Shown: positions 50,863 to 60,008 of the stretch, one piece after another
How the letters are laid out: each line of letters starts with the position of its first letter
How positions within the stretch are numbered: the stretch's first letter is position 1
Origin: Bacillota bacterium
Lineage (GTDB): Bacteria; Bacillota; Ch66; Ch109
Assembly: GCA_050952625.1 (NCBI GenBank)
Contig: JBMNLH010000001.1
Location: 64,001 to 128,000 of the forward strand
Direction: 5' to 3'
Length of the DNA: 64,000 bases
Notes under the pieces: generated by a model
The model's database searches: none
Told to the model about the DNA's origin: nothing
The model's input: only the letters and a program-made list of their open reading frames with translations
Made by a program: the position numbers and the translations under genes

Positions 50863-52335
50863 GTGAGAACAAAGACAAAACGGTCTTCAAGGCGAGGTAT
50901 CCTATGGCGAGTCAGGATGGAGGTACAGGAAAGAAGATACCGAATCTGGCGGTGGATTTTTCAGCAGCCAGACCACAGTACATCATATAAATGTTTAGCT
51001 GAACATTTTAAAGTCTCCGAGAAAACGGCGAAACTAGATTGTCTTGAACTGGTTAAAGAAGGCTATTTAAAACGTCATTGGGGCGGGGTAACCTTGACAG
51101 AAAAGGGACTTAAGGCCCTGTCCCAGGCAGGGTCGCTGGGACTTGATAGCACTATAAAACGAAAACATCTACGCCAGTTAGTGATCTTACGGGTTTTAGC
51201 CAGGAGACGAGCTAGCCGAAAGAAAAGTGAACGCACCCTAACCCTAAAAGACATTTCGCGGTTAGCTGGGTGGGACATAGATTGCCCTGAAGAAAAAGCT
51301 TATCCCAGTTTAGATAGTTTGAGTAATGATCTGGCCGAGTTAACCTCAATTGGTCTGGTTGAACGAACCGAACAGGGCTGGCAGTTGGGCAGCAGTTTAA
51401 TGCCGCCGCTTTATTTGAACGATGACCAAATGCTTCAGCTGCACCATTACTTAAATACTTTGCCGGCGTTTCTGCCGCTGGATGCGGTCCAGATGACCAG
51501 AATTAAGGATAAATTGCAAACAATCTTGCTGACAAAAGAAAATATGCTCCCAATTGATCAACTTAAACTGGCGACTAGGGAAGTGGTCCATGGTTATTCT
51601 TCACCACCACCGGCTGATGCTAACATTGTCCGATTGGTCGAGGAAGCTGTCGCCAAAGGGTTGGTCCTGGAACTGCTCTATCAAGGCAGAAAGATCAAGA
51701 TTAACCCAATCGGTTTAGTCTATCATTGGCGGCGGGGGTTCTGGTATATCATCTCCACCCCCAAAAAGCGGCAGCGAACCAACTTACAGATACTACGCCT
51801 GGATCGGGTGACTACCGCCTATAAAACTGAACAACAATTTACTCGTTTGCCGGCGCATAAAAGCAGGATATCGAACTTCCTGGCGGAATACTGGGGCGTT
51901 AGCAATGATCGAAGGTTCGAGGTGGAGATTCGTTTTTTTAATACCAAATGGAATGTTAACGCAGTCGAAAATATGTTGGGTGAAATTGCCCAACGGCAGT
52001 ACTGGGCCAAAACCTGCCGGACCGTACCGCAGCCCGATGGCTCGGTTGTCTTAAAGGATACCATTACTGGGCTGTCTGAGTTTACAGCCTGGTTAAGAAC
52101 CTACGGCGATGCAATCGAGATAATCTCCCCGGCTTGGCTGCGGGAAACACAAAAAGAAACCGCCCAAAAAATGCTAGCTGTCTATAAGAAGAAGACCGGC
52201 CAAATAAATAATCAGGCGGAAAAGCTATTTGACCAAGACATGATCAATAAAGCTGATAGGCCTGAGCCAAGAGATACGACTGAGCAGAGGGGAGCCGAAC
52301 AGAGAGACCGGAGCCGAGCAGAGAGATGGAGGTGA
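50863..52335 (+). CDS. WYL domain transcriptional regulator (DeoR-like HTH + HTH + WYL + WCX), PafB-like
   Basis: LAEHFKVSEKTAKLD..L...GYLKRHWGGV (DeoR-like HTH); INPIGLVY...FWYII...LRLDRV (WYL); WLRTYGDAIEIISPAWLR (WCX). Confidence 0.88.
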   Translation: MRTKTKRSSRRGILWRVRMEVQERRYRIWRWIFQQPDHSTSYKCLAEHFKVSEKTAKLDCLELVKEGYLKRHWGGVTLTEKGLKALSQAGSLGLDSTIKRKHLRQLVILRVLARRRASRKKSERTLTLKDISRLAGWDIDCPEEKAYPSLDSLSNDLAELTSIGLVERTEQGWQLGSSLMPPLYLNDDQMLQLHHYLNTLPAFLPLDAVQMTRIKDKLQTILLTKENMLPIDQLKLATREVVHGYSSPPPADANIVRLVEEAVAKGLVLELLYQGRKIKINPIGLVYHWRRGFWYIISTPKKRQRTNLQILRLDRVTTAYKTEQQFTRLPAHKSRISNFLAEYWGVSNDRRFEVEIRFFNTKWNVNAVENMLGEIAQRQYWAKTCRTVPQPDGSVVLKDTITGLSEFTAWLRTYGDAIEIISPAWLRETQKETAQKMLAVYKKKTGQINNQAEKLFDQDMINKADRPEPRDTTEQRGAEQRDRSRAERWR

Positions 52336-52362
52336 GCCGAACGGCACCGAGCAGGAACGGAG

Positions 52363-53511
52363 TTGGCGAGACAGACAGATAAGGCACTAACCAGGTTGAT
52401 TAGTTTGATCAAGATTCTCGAAAAACATCCAAAAGGCTTATCCGCTAATCAATTGGCCGACTTAACCGGATACCCGGCAGCGGTGATCCTGGATGACCTA
52501 AACTGGATCGTGCTGCAATCGGAATTTGCCGCGCACTACACTCTGTACGTTGATGATTTCCCGGAAGAAGAATTAGACATAGAGACAGGAAGCGAAGCTT
52601 TACCTGAAGCCTTACATATTGAAACAGACAGTATCAAGGCAATCAATAACAGTGTAAAACATAGTGAGCTAATACAAGCTGAGACAGATAATAGCGACGA
52701 AGCAGATTATTCAGTGACTGACCCGGATCTTAAGTGGCTGCTTGTGCAAAGGCAGACCTATACCCCCGGTTTAAATCTGTCTCTTGAGGAAGCGGTCCCT
52801 CTGTTATGGGCTTTAATGGAACACCCTCCAGGCCAAGAGCTGGCCTTATTCCAAAAAGAACTCAGGCGGCGAATTTTACCAGATCATATGGCTGAGCCAG
52901 CGGAAAACTGGATTCAGTTTATGGGAACCAAAGCGGGGATGGAAACACCCGACTGCCGTTACCTTGACCAATTGCGGGCGGCAATCTACCGGGAGCAGCT
53001 AATAGAGGTTAGATATTATGCTAAACAGTACCGGCAAACCAAACGGGCCCGCCTGCAACCGCTGGGGCTGGTGCTCTATAACGTAACCGGCACCTGGTAC
53101 CTGGTCGCCCGAGAATACCCCGGGAAAGATATGACGGCCCGGGAAATAATCTTGCATCTGGGGAGGCTTGAATCACTTCGGGTATTAGATCAAACGGCTA
53201 GCTACCCGGCTGATTTTTCGCTAACCGATTTTCTTAGAACTAGATGGGGAATGGATATGTCAGATCCAGTCAAGGTCAAGGCCAGAATCTATCCGCAGGC
53301 CAATGTTCTGGAGAAGATCAACCGGGAAATGATAAAGCGCGGCCTGCCGGCCCCTGCGGAACAGGCTGACGGAACCTATCTATGGGAAGGCGAAGTGCGG
53401 GGAATTAATAATTTTACCCGGTGGATTCTTGGCTTTGGCTCAGCCGTTGAAATCTTAGCCCCGGCCAAGGTCCGGCGCGAAGTTATTTCGATAATCCGCA
53501 ATATATGTTAA
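52363..53511 (+). CDS. WYL domain transcriptional regulator (HTH + WYL + WCX), PafC-like
   Basis: RLISLI...GLSANQLADLTG...ILDDL HTH; LQPLGLV...TWYLVA...LHLGRL; WILGFGSAVEILAPAKVR. Confidence 0.9.
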   Translation: MARQTDKALTRLISLIKILEKHPKGLSANQLADLTGYPAAVILDDLNWIVLQSEFAAHYTLYVDDFPEEELDIETGSEALPEALHIETDSIKAINNSVKHSELIQAETDNSDEADYSVTDPDLKWLLVQRQTYTPGLNLSLEEAVPLLWALMEHPPGQELALFQKELRRRILPDHMAEPAENWIQFMGTKAGMETPDCRYLDQLRAAIYREQLIEVRYYAKQYRQTKRARLQPLGLVLYNVTGTWYLVAREYPGKDMTAREIILHLGRLESLRVLDQTASYPADFSLTDFLRTRWGMDMSDPVKVKARIYPQANVLEKINREMIKRGLPAPAEQADGTYLWEGEVRGINNFTRWILGFGSAVEILAPAKVRREVISIIRNIC

Positions 53512-53583
53512 GTCAACCCCTACTTAATTGAAGTGGGGGTATTTAGTTTGAAAGGCAAACATCGCTTTGTCCTCCCCTTCACC

Positions 53584-53686
53584 GCCTCACGTCTCAAATC
53601 TGACATCTCACTCCTTACTCCTCACTTATCACTTCTTACACCTTATACATCACCCCTTGCCTCGCTCCTCGCACCTCATCCCTCAC
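53584..53686 (-). repeat. Degenerate heptamer tandem repeat (reverse of GTGAGGN)
   Basis: gcctcac gtctcaa atctgac atctcac tccttac tcctcac ttatcac ttcttac accttat acatcac ... acctcat ccctcac. Confidence 0.75.
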
Positions 53687-53700
53687 CCCGGTCGAATTTA

Positions 53701-53733
53701 GGAAACTTTTTTTCGGCTGAGTGAGTTTATAAT
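53701..53733 (+). promoter_or_regulatory. Putative WYL-activator site plus -10 box, copy 1
   Basis: GGAAACTTTTTTTCGGCT, with TATAAT 11 nt after the CGG; identical architecture at 63334-63366. Confidence 0.7.
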
Positions 53734-53794
53734 CAGGTTTAAACTGCAAGCCTGATTATATTAGGCTAGAGATTTTAGCGAGGTGAGGTTTTAA

Positions 53795-53977
53795 TTGGTG
53801 CGTAAAACTTGTCCTTATTGCGGCAAAGACTCTTTTAGTGCCTGCAGTACTGGCGAGTGGATCTGCCCGCATTGCTTTCGGGATATATCTAAGGTAGAAC
53901 CCAAACCAATCAATTACCCGATCCTGCAGGTAGTTCAGAACAATCATTGCGACAAGGACCGCGAAGTAGTTGATTAA
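53795..53977 (+). CDS. Small zinc-ribbon protein (CPYC...CPHC), 60 aa
   Basis: Two CxxC pairs; GAGGTGAGG RBS. Confidence 0.75.
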   Translation: MVRKTCPYCGKDSFSACSTGEWICPHCFRDISKVEPKPINYPILQVVQNNHCDKDREVVD

Positions 53978-54037
53978 AGCAGCGTAATTTGAAAAACAGA
54001 ATTAACCATTAGTTAAAATAATTCGTTGATAGTTGGA

Positions 54038-54062
54038 AGGAAAATGGATGATCGTGTCGAAA
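54038..54062 (+). promoter_or_regulatory. SigH-like promoter upstream of cas10
   Basis: AGGA-N14-GTCGAA, a motif that recurs in seven + strand intergenic regions of the window. Confidence 0.55.
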
Positions 54063-54102
54063 TTTCCATATAAATGCAGAACGGAGACGTTCAAATCCTA
54101 GT

Positions 54103-56517
54103 ATGTTAACCGTTAACCGTCAGGAGGTGAGAAAAATAGATTGGTTGTCTGACAATAATGAAACTAATTTTAAAAACCTATTATACGGGGCCCTTTTTCA
54201 TGATATCGGCAAGTTTTATCAGCGCACCCGTGATAAACAGGCGGAGAAGGAGATTTTCCAGGCTTATCAATGGTATGTAGAGAGCCTGGGTCGGGAATAC
54301 CTCTCCCACGAACAATGGAGTGCCTACTTCATCCGCACTGTTTTAAAAATGGAAGCAGCCGCAACCCTGGCTTTAAAGCACCACCACCCGGAAACTGACC
54401 TGGAATACCTGATCGCAATTGCCGACAAGTTGTCCGCAATGGAACGGGATGAAGAAGGCCCGGCCAGTAACGGTAAAGCCAATGTGGCAGCGGAACCCCT
54501 GTGTTCTGTTTTATCTTCTATCCGGCACATTAGAGATGATAGCGAGCCGGCCATTAGTTTTAAACGCTTGAAATTCGAACCCTTGGTTGATCCTTACCCG
54601 GTTTCCGATAAAAATGCAGCCCTTAGCCCGGGGGACTATCAGGCCTGGTGGGAGTGTTTCGCAACGGAAACCAAGGAGACTGTGAAGCAGCCGGTCGGTG
54701 CTGGCAAACAGTTTCACCGTCTATATCAGTTGCTTTACCAGTACACCCAGACAGTGCCTTCAGCCGCCTATTATTCCAAACCAACTATCTCCTTGTTTGA
54801 CCATTCCCGGACCACTGCAGCGATAGCCACGGCCCTTTACCGGCAGGGGCTTAGCCAGAATGACCTGGAAAGGTTGCACCGTCTTTTGGTGTATGGAGGC
54901 AAGAAGCGGGGAGCGGAAGAGCCGGTCCTGCTCTTGGTTGGCGGCGATATTTCGGGCATTCAGGACTTTGTGTTTGATGTGTCAGCCAAAGGAGCAGCCA
55001 AAGGCCTGCGGGGCCGGTCCTATTATCTGGCCACTCTTGGCGAGGCGATTGCTCAGTTTATCTTGACTCACGAGGGTCTTACCCCCTGTAACATTTTATA
55101 TTCCGGGGGCGGCCATTTCTATTTGATTCTGCCGGTTCGGGCCATGTCACGCTTAGCCGATTACCAAAAACAGATCGACCAGATCCTGTTTGCGGCCCAT
55201 CAAGGGAAGTTGTCGGTCATTCTAACCGGGATTCCCTTGACCCAGACTGATTTTTACCCGGAGAATTTCGGCGAAAAGTGGCAGCAGATCGGTCTAGCAG
55301 CCCAAAAAGCCAAGCAGCAGAAATTCCTCGAATTGATCCGGCAAAACCCGGAACAAGTGCTGGGTCCGAGTTATGAAGGCCAGCAGGTTTGCGTCATTTG
55401 CGGCAGTTCAATGCCAGTGGGAGAAGAAAAATGCTCTTTCTGCGAAAGCTTTGAACAGCTAGGCGATAACCTGGCGCGGGAGCGGACGTATCTTTTGGAG
55501 TACTACTTTAAGCCCCGTCCGGTAGACCAGATGTCCACAGTGGAAGATGTCTGGGCTGGTCTGGGATATCGGCTGGAGTTTTCCAACAAACCAGATGCCC
55601 AGGCCATTGTTTCGGTAATCAATCAACCAGCCTTGGCCGATAAAGCAGTTGATCGTGTGGTTTGGCTGGCGAATACTGCTCCGCATAACCCGGATGGCAG
55701 TCTGCTGACTTTTGAGGAGATCGCGGCGCAAAGTACCGGGGATCACATGTGGGGAGTCCTGCGCGGTGATGTGGATAATCTGGGCAGGGTTTTTCGGGAA
55801 GGCCTGGGCCAGGATCGCTCAATTTCCAAGATTGCCGCCCTCAGTCGAGAGATGTCCTTTTTCTTTAGCTTTATTTTTAATCAGGTCTGTCTGCGGTACC
55901 GGCAGTCGGTTTATGTCATTTATGCCGGGGGAGACGATTTCTTTTTGGTAGGTGCCTGGAGTGATTTGCCAACGATCGCGGCGGAAATCAACCGGGAATT
56001 TCACCGATACAGCTCCGGGAACCCTAACCTCACCCTATCTTGTGCGATCAGTATCGCATCGGGGATGACCTATCCTTTGTTTAAGGTGGCCCATACCGCC
56101 GGGGAACAACTGGACGAACAGGCCAAAACCACCCGAATGGTTAAAGGGGTTCTCCATCATAAAGATAGTGTATGTTTTCTAGGCCAGCCCTTTACCTGGG
56201 GAGAATTGGAGGAAGTCAGACAAGTCAAGAACTTGATCAAAAAAGCAATCCAAAATGAAGGGGTGGCTAAATCGCTCATCTTCTTGATTAATACAGCTTA
56301 CGCTGAGCAGCGGCAATACCAGCAGGGCAGATACCCGATCAATCGAATTTGGCGGCTGGTCTACGCCCTGACCAGACTGGCTGCGCGACATGGGCAAGCC
56401 GCTAACACCCTGAAAGAATTGGAAAGCCGGCTGTTAACCAGCCAGACAATGCTGTATGCCAACAGCCTTTACGCGGCCCGCTGGGCCGAAAAAGAATTGA
56501 GAACAAGGGGGGACTAA
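54103..56517 (+). CDS. cas10: Type III-A CRISPR-associated protein Cas10/Csm1
   Basis: HD domain LFHDIGKF..HH..IADKLSA; SLFDHSR; GDISGIQDF; LRGRSY; GGGHF; CVIC..CSFC; GDVDNLG; YAGGDD palm motif. Confidence 0.97.
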   Translation: MLTVNRQEVRKIDWLSDNNETNFKNLLYGALFHDIGKFYQRTRDKQAEKEIFQAYQWYVESLGREYLSHEQWSAYFIRTVLKMEAAATLALKHHHPETDLEYLIAIADKLSAMERDEEGPASNGKANVAAEPLCSVLSSIRHIRDDSEPAISFKRLKFEPLVDPYPVSDKNAALSPGDYQAWWECFATETKETVKQPVGAGKQFHRLYQLLYQYTQTVPSAAYYSKPTISLFDHSRTTAAIATALYRQGLSQNDLERLHRLLVYGGKKRGAEEPVLLLVGGDISGIQDFVFDVSAKGAAKGLRGRSYYLATLGEAIAQFILTHEGLTPCNILYSGGGHFYLILPVRAMSRLADYQKQIDQILFAAHQGKLSVILTGIPLTQTDFYPENFGEKWQQIGLAAQKAKQQKFLELIRQNPEQVLGPSYEGQQVCVICGSSMPVGEEKCSFCESFEQLGDNLARERTYLLEYYFKPRPVDQMSTVEDVWAGLGYRLEFSNKPDAQAIVSVINQPALADKAVDRVVWLANTAPHNPDGSLLTFEEIAAQSTGDHMWGVLRGDVDNLGRVFREGLGQDRSISKIAALSREMSFFFSFIFNQVCLRYRQSVYVIYAGGDDFFLVGAWSDLPTIAAEINREFHRYSSGNPNLTLSCAISIASGMTYPLFKVAHTAGEQLDEQAKTTRMVKGVLHHKDSVCFLGQPFTWGELEEVRQVKNLIKKAIQNEGVAKSLIFLINTAYAEQRQYQQGRYPINRIWRLVYALTRLAARHGQAANTLKELESRLLTSQTMLYANSLYAARWAEKELRTRGD

Positions 56518-56518
56518 G

Positions 56519-56980
56519 GTGGGCATGAATCGACCACCCATTCCGGGGGGACCCGGGGGCAGACCAAGAAATACAAGCGGAGGTCGAAGTAACCTTGACA
56601 ATTCCGCGGTCCGGGATGCCCTGCAAAACGTCAGGCAACTGCTGGATAAAGACCAGGACCCGTACGGAGAGTTATTAATCCAAACAGCCGAGGCAATGGG
56701 CCGGCACCTAGCCAATAACCGGATGACCACGGCCCAGATCCGGAAACTCTTCTCCGAAGTGCGGAAACTTAATTTTAAAGACGACGGGCCTTACAAGACC
56801 AATATGATGCGGGCCAAACTGGCCTATACTGCCGGCCGTCACCGCGAAGTTGGTGACCTCCAGCAGGTATTAGACAAAGCCTTAATCGAAGTGGGGACCA
56901 GCGAAGAAAAATTTAACCGTTTTGAAAACTTTTTTGAAGCCATTGTGGCCTACCATAAGAAATACGGCGGTAAAGATTAA
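56519..56980 (+). CDS. csm2: Type III-A CRISPR small subunit Csm2
   Basis: MTTAQIRKLFSEV, KLAYTAGR, F..FFEAIVAYHKKYGG. Confidence 0.95.
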   Translation: MGMNRPPIPGGPGGRPRNTSGGRSNLDNSAVRDALQNVRQLLDKDQDPYGELLIQTAEAMGRHLANNRMTTAQIRKLFSEVRKLNFKDDGPYKTNMMRAKLAYTAGRHREVGDLQQVLDKALIEVGTSEEKFNRFENFFEAIVAYHKKYGGKD

Positions 56981-57025
56981 GAACGAAGAATTAGGGGTTA
57001 AGAAGACAGGGAGGAGGCTTAAGCG

Positions 57026-57859
57026 GTGACTGAACTAATAATGGAAGGCAAATTAGTCATGACTGGCCTGATTAAGGCCTGCACCGGACTGCATATCGGC
57101 GGGTCCCCGACTGGTTTAGATATTGGCGGCGTGGATAAGTCTGTCATTAAGGACCCAGGAGGTAAGCCCTATATCCCCGGCAGTTCGCTCAAGGGGAAAA
57201 TGCGCAGTCTGCTGGAAAAAAGTGAAGGACTGGTTACTTCGTCCAGCCTGGTAGTTACTAAAAAAGGCGGGATCCACGACACCATTCGGATGCACATGTG
57301 CAATTCGCCAACTTGTGCTGTTTGCAATATTTTCGGCCGGACCAACGGGCGAAAAAAATTAGCTGACGAATCAGATCTAAATATTGAGAACGGGACCCTG
57401 CCGCGTTTGATAGTGCGGGATGCGTATCTGGTTGAGGACAGTATCCCGCGGGAGATGAAAGAACACTTGGATTTGGAATGGACCGAGGTCAAGTTTGAAA
57501 ACTCAATTGACCGTATTACATCTGCCGCTAACCCCCGACAGACTGAACGGGTGCCGCGGGGAGCAGAGTTTAGTTTTCAAATGGTCTATACGGTTTATAC
57601 TCCGGCAGACCGAGATGACTTCAGCAAGGTGACCAAGGCCTTACGGCTGTTGGAGGATGACTACCTGGGCGGGGCCGGCAGCCGGGGTTACGGACAAATC
57701 CTTTTTCATAACCTGAAGCTATATTGGAATTCAGTCAATGACTATGAAACCGGGAATATTAATCTAGCGACCAAAGAGCCCTGGCTAGCGGCGGATACCC
57801 TCAGCCAGTTGATGGAACAAATGGTTGAGGCCGGGGGCGTGGCCGGGCTTAAAGAATAG
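57026..57859 (+). CDS. csm3: Type III-A CRISPR RAMP Csm3
   Basis: TGLHIGG, IGGVD, PYIPGSSLKGKMRSLLE, EVKFENSIDR..SAANPRQTERVP, YLGGAGSRGYG. Confidence 0.96.
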   Translation: MTELIMEGKLVMTGLIKACTGLHIGGSPTGLDIGGVDKSVIKDPGGKPYIPGSSLKGKMRSLLEKSEGLVTSSSLVVTKKGGIHDTIRMHMCNSPTCAVCNIFGRTNGRKKLADESDLNIENGTLPRLIVRDAYLVEDSIPREMKEHLDLEWTEVKFENSIDRITSAANPRQTERVPRGAEFSFQMVYTVYTPADRDDFSKVTKALRLLEDDYLGGAGSRGYGQILFHNLKLYWNSVNDYETGNINLATKEPWLAADTLSQLMEQMVEAGGVAGLKE

Positions 57860-57871
57860 CGGGGCGATAGC

Positions 57872-58864
57872 ATGAAAGCACACATCGTGAAAATGCATTT
57901 TACAGCGCCCCTGCACTTAGGCAGCAAGGAAGCAATGCTGGAGAACACCCTGCAGCATATCCCATCCGATGTTGTTTTTTCCGCGCTGTGCAACGTGTAT
58001 CGCCACCTCTACGGCAAACAAGCTTTAGAGTCGCTGCTGGCGGAACAAGCACAGTCGGCCGGCTTCCTATTGTCATCAGCCTTTCCTTATTACCGGGATG
58101 CCTATTTTTTGCCCCGGCCTTTAAACTTTGACTTAACCCGCTATGGCTTTGAACCGAAAAAGGCCAAACGGGTGAAATATCTGGAATATAACCTGATGCA
58201 CCGGGTGTTGGCGGGTAAGTTTCAAGCCGCGGATTTGGAGAATTATGTCGCTGAGGCGGTGCAGGGCCTGCTTTTGCCCCGGGAGTATCAGGGTCTGAAA
58301 ATCTGCCGCGAGGTTGAAATACCGCGGGTCGCCCTGGACAGCCTGACTGCTGCGTCAAATATCTATTACTTTAACCAGGTGACCTTTACCCGGGAGGCCG
58401 GTCTTTACTGTCTGGTCCGGTGTGCGCCGGAATTATGGGGCCGGCTCAGGACCTGTTTTCGTGTCTTGGGCGATGAAGGAATCGGCGGGGACCGGACTTC
58501 CGGCAAGGGAGGATTTACCGTCGAATTTCCAGGCGAACTGGCTTTTCCGCAACTGGGTCAGCCGGCCAGCCATGTCTTATTGTCCCTGTATTATCCCAGT
58601 TCTGATGAGGCGGGAAGCCTGGAGGCTGAGTATTCGTTAATCAAACGTTCTGGTTATGTCTACTCTTCAGAGGAAACCGGCCTGAGAAGGAAAAGCGTCA
58701 CCATGCTGGCCGAAGGGGCAGTAGTCTACGCTGATTCTCCTCCAGTTGGGAAGCTCGTGGACCTGACACCGCCCGGGTTTGACAAGCACAAAGTCTGGCG
58801 CAATGGCCTGGCCTTCACGGTGGCGTCAGCCCTGGGGAAAGGAGGAGGGGAAGATGCCGGGTAA
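57872..58864 (+). CDS. csm4: Type III-A CRISPR RAMP Csm4
   Basis: PLHLG, IPSDVVFSAL, SSAFPY, LGDEGIGGDRTSGKG, KRSGYV, MLAEGAV. Confidence 0.95.
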   Translation: MKAHIVKMHFTAPLHLGSKEAMLENTLQHIPSDVVFSALCNVYRHLYGKQALESLLAEQAQSAGFLLSSAFPYYRDAYFLPRPLNFDLTRYGFEPKKAKRVKYLEYNLMHRVLAGKFQAADLENYVAEAVQGLLLPREYQGLKICREVEIPRVALDSLTAASNIYYFNQVTFTREAGLYCLVRCAPELWGRLRTCFRVLGDEGIGGDRTSGKGGFTVEFPGELAFPQLGQPASHVLLSLYYPSSDEAGSLEAEYSLIKRSGYVYSSEETGLRRKSVTMLAEGAVVYADSPPVGKLVDLTPPGFDKHKVWRNGLAFTVASALGKGGGEDAG

Positions 58865-60005
58865 ACTCAAGTATCGCCTGGAGGTCTTGACCCCGGTGCA
58901 TATTGGCAGCGGGCAAAAACTGCTGCCGGCGGATTATATTCTTGATCCCGAGACGCAGGAGGTTATTCGGGTCGACCTAAATGCCCTGTTTAGTGACCGC
59001 TCTTTTCCGGTCGGACGTTTTATCGCGGCGATTAAAGAGCCTGGCTTTAGTCTGCAGCGGAAATTTTATCAGTCAGGGCGCATGTATCCCCTGTACCGGC
59101 TGGCAGCAGCCGATACGCTAAACGAGCTTAACCAGCACATTGGCCGCCCGGCCGGGGCCATTCTCGAACACATAAAGGAGGCCGGCCAGCCCTATCTCCC
59201 GGGGAGTTCGCTGAAAGGAGCCTTGCGTAGTCTGGTCGTTCGCTGCTTGATTGCGCAAAACCCTGATTCTTACGAAGAAAGGCTCAGACAAAACATGCAA
59301 GGAGACAGGAGAAGCCGAAAGGAGTTTTTCTCCACTTCCGCTGAAGAACGCGTAGTCGGCAACCCCAATTTTAGTCTATTTAAGTCCCTGCAGGTTAGCG
59401 ACAGCTCAACGTTAAACCCACAGCAGCTTCAATTGGGCTGTACGCGGGTCCTTTCCTTAACCCGACGTGGGTTCCGCTGGAAGGACCTGGGTCAGAACAC
59501 GAACGTGGATCGTCCAGAGATGGCAACGCCGATTTTTTTTGAAGCCATTCCGGCTGGGACCACCCTAACCGGCACCTTAAAGGTAGATGAGACCTTGCTC
59601 AAAGGAGAAATGGCGCAATTGCTCAGGTACCCGCCGGCCAGCAGAACCGCCCTGCTGGAACTAACGCGGATCTGCCGGGAAGGCAGCCGGGAACTGTTGC
59701 GCAATGAAGAGGAGTTTTTCACGAAAATTTCCTTTGCCCCGGGTGTTCAGGCGGTCAAAGGTATACTGTCGATTGAGCAGGACTGCAACGCTAATCAGAT
59801 GATTATCCCCTTGGCCTGGGGGACTGGTTATCTGGCCAAAGCGATGGGCTGGAAGATTGATCCCGATTTGTTTCGGGAGGTGCGAGACCGATTCAGACTG
59901 GGCCGGCCGGGGTTTGAATTTCCAAAATCTCGAAAGATTATTTTCACGCAGGGTAAACCGTCTGGTTTAATGGGCTGGGTTAAGATCACCCTGGGAGAGG
60001 AATAA
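58854..60005 (+). CDS. csm5: Type III-A CRISPR RAMP Csm5
   Basis: LTPVHIGSG, PYLPGSSLKGALRS, LQVSDS, LAWGTGYLAK, PKSRK, LMGWV. Confidence 0.94.
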   Translation: MPGKLKYRLEVLTPVHIGSGQKLLPADYILDPETQEVIRVDLNALFSDRSFPVGRFIAAIKEPGFSLQRKFYQSGRMYPLYRLAAADTLNELNQHIGRPAGAILEHIKEAGQPYLPGSSLKGALRSLVVRCLIAQNPDSYEERLRQNMQGDRRSRKEFFSTSAEERVVGNPNFSLFKSLQVSDSSTLNPQQLQLGCTRVLSLTRRGFRWKDLGQNTNVDRPEMATPIFFEAIPAGTTLTGTLKVDETLLKGEMAQLLRYPPASRTALLELTRICREGSRELLRNEEEFFTKISFAPGVQAVKGILSIEQDCNANQMIIPLAWGTGYLAKAMGWKIDPDLFREVRDRFRLGRPGFEFPKSRKIIFTQGKPSGLMGWVKITLGEE

Positions 60006-60008
60006 CTG

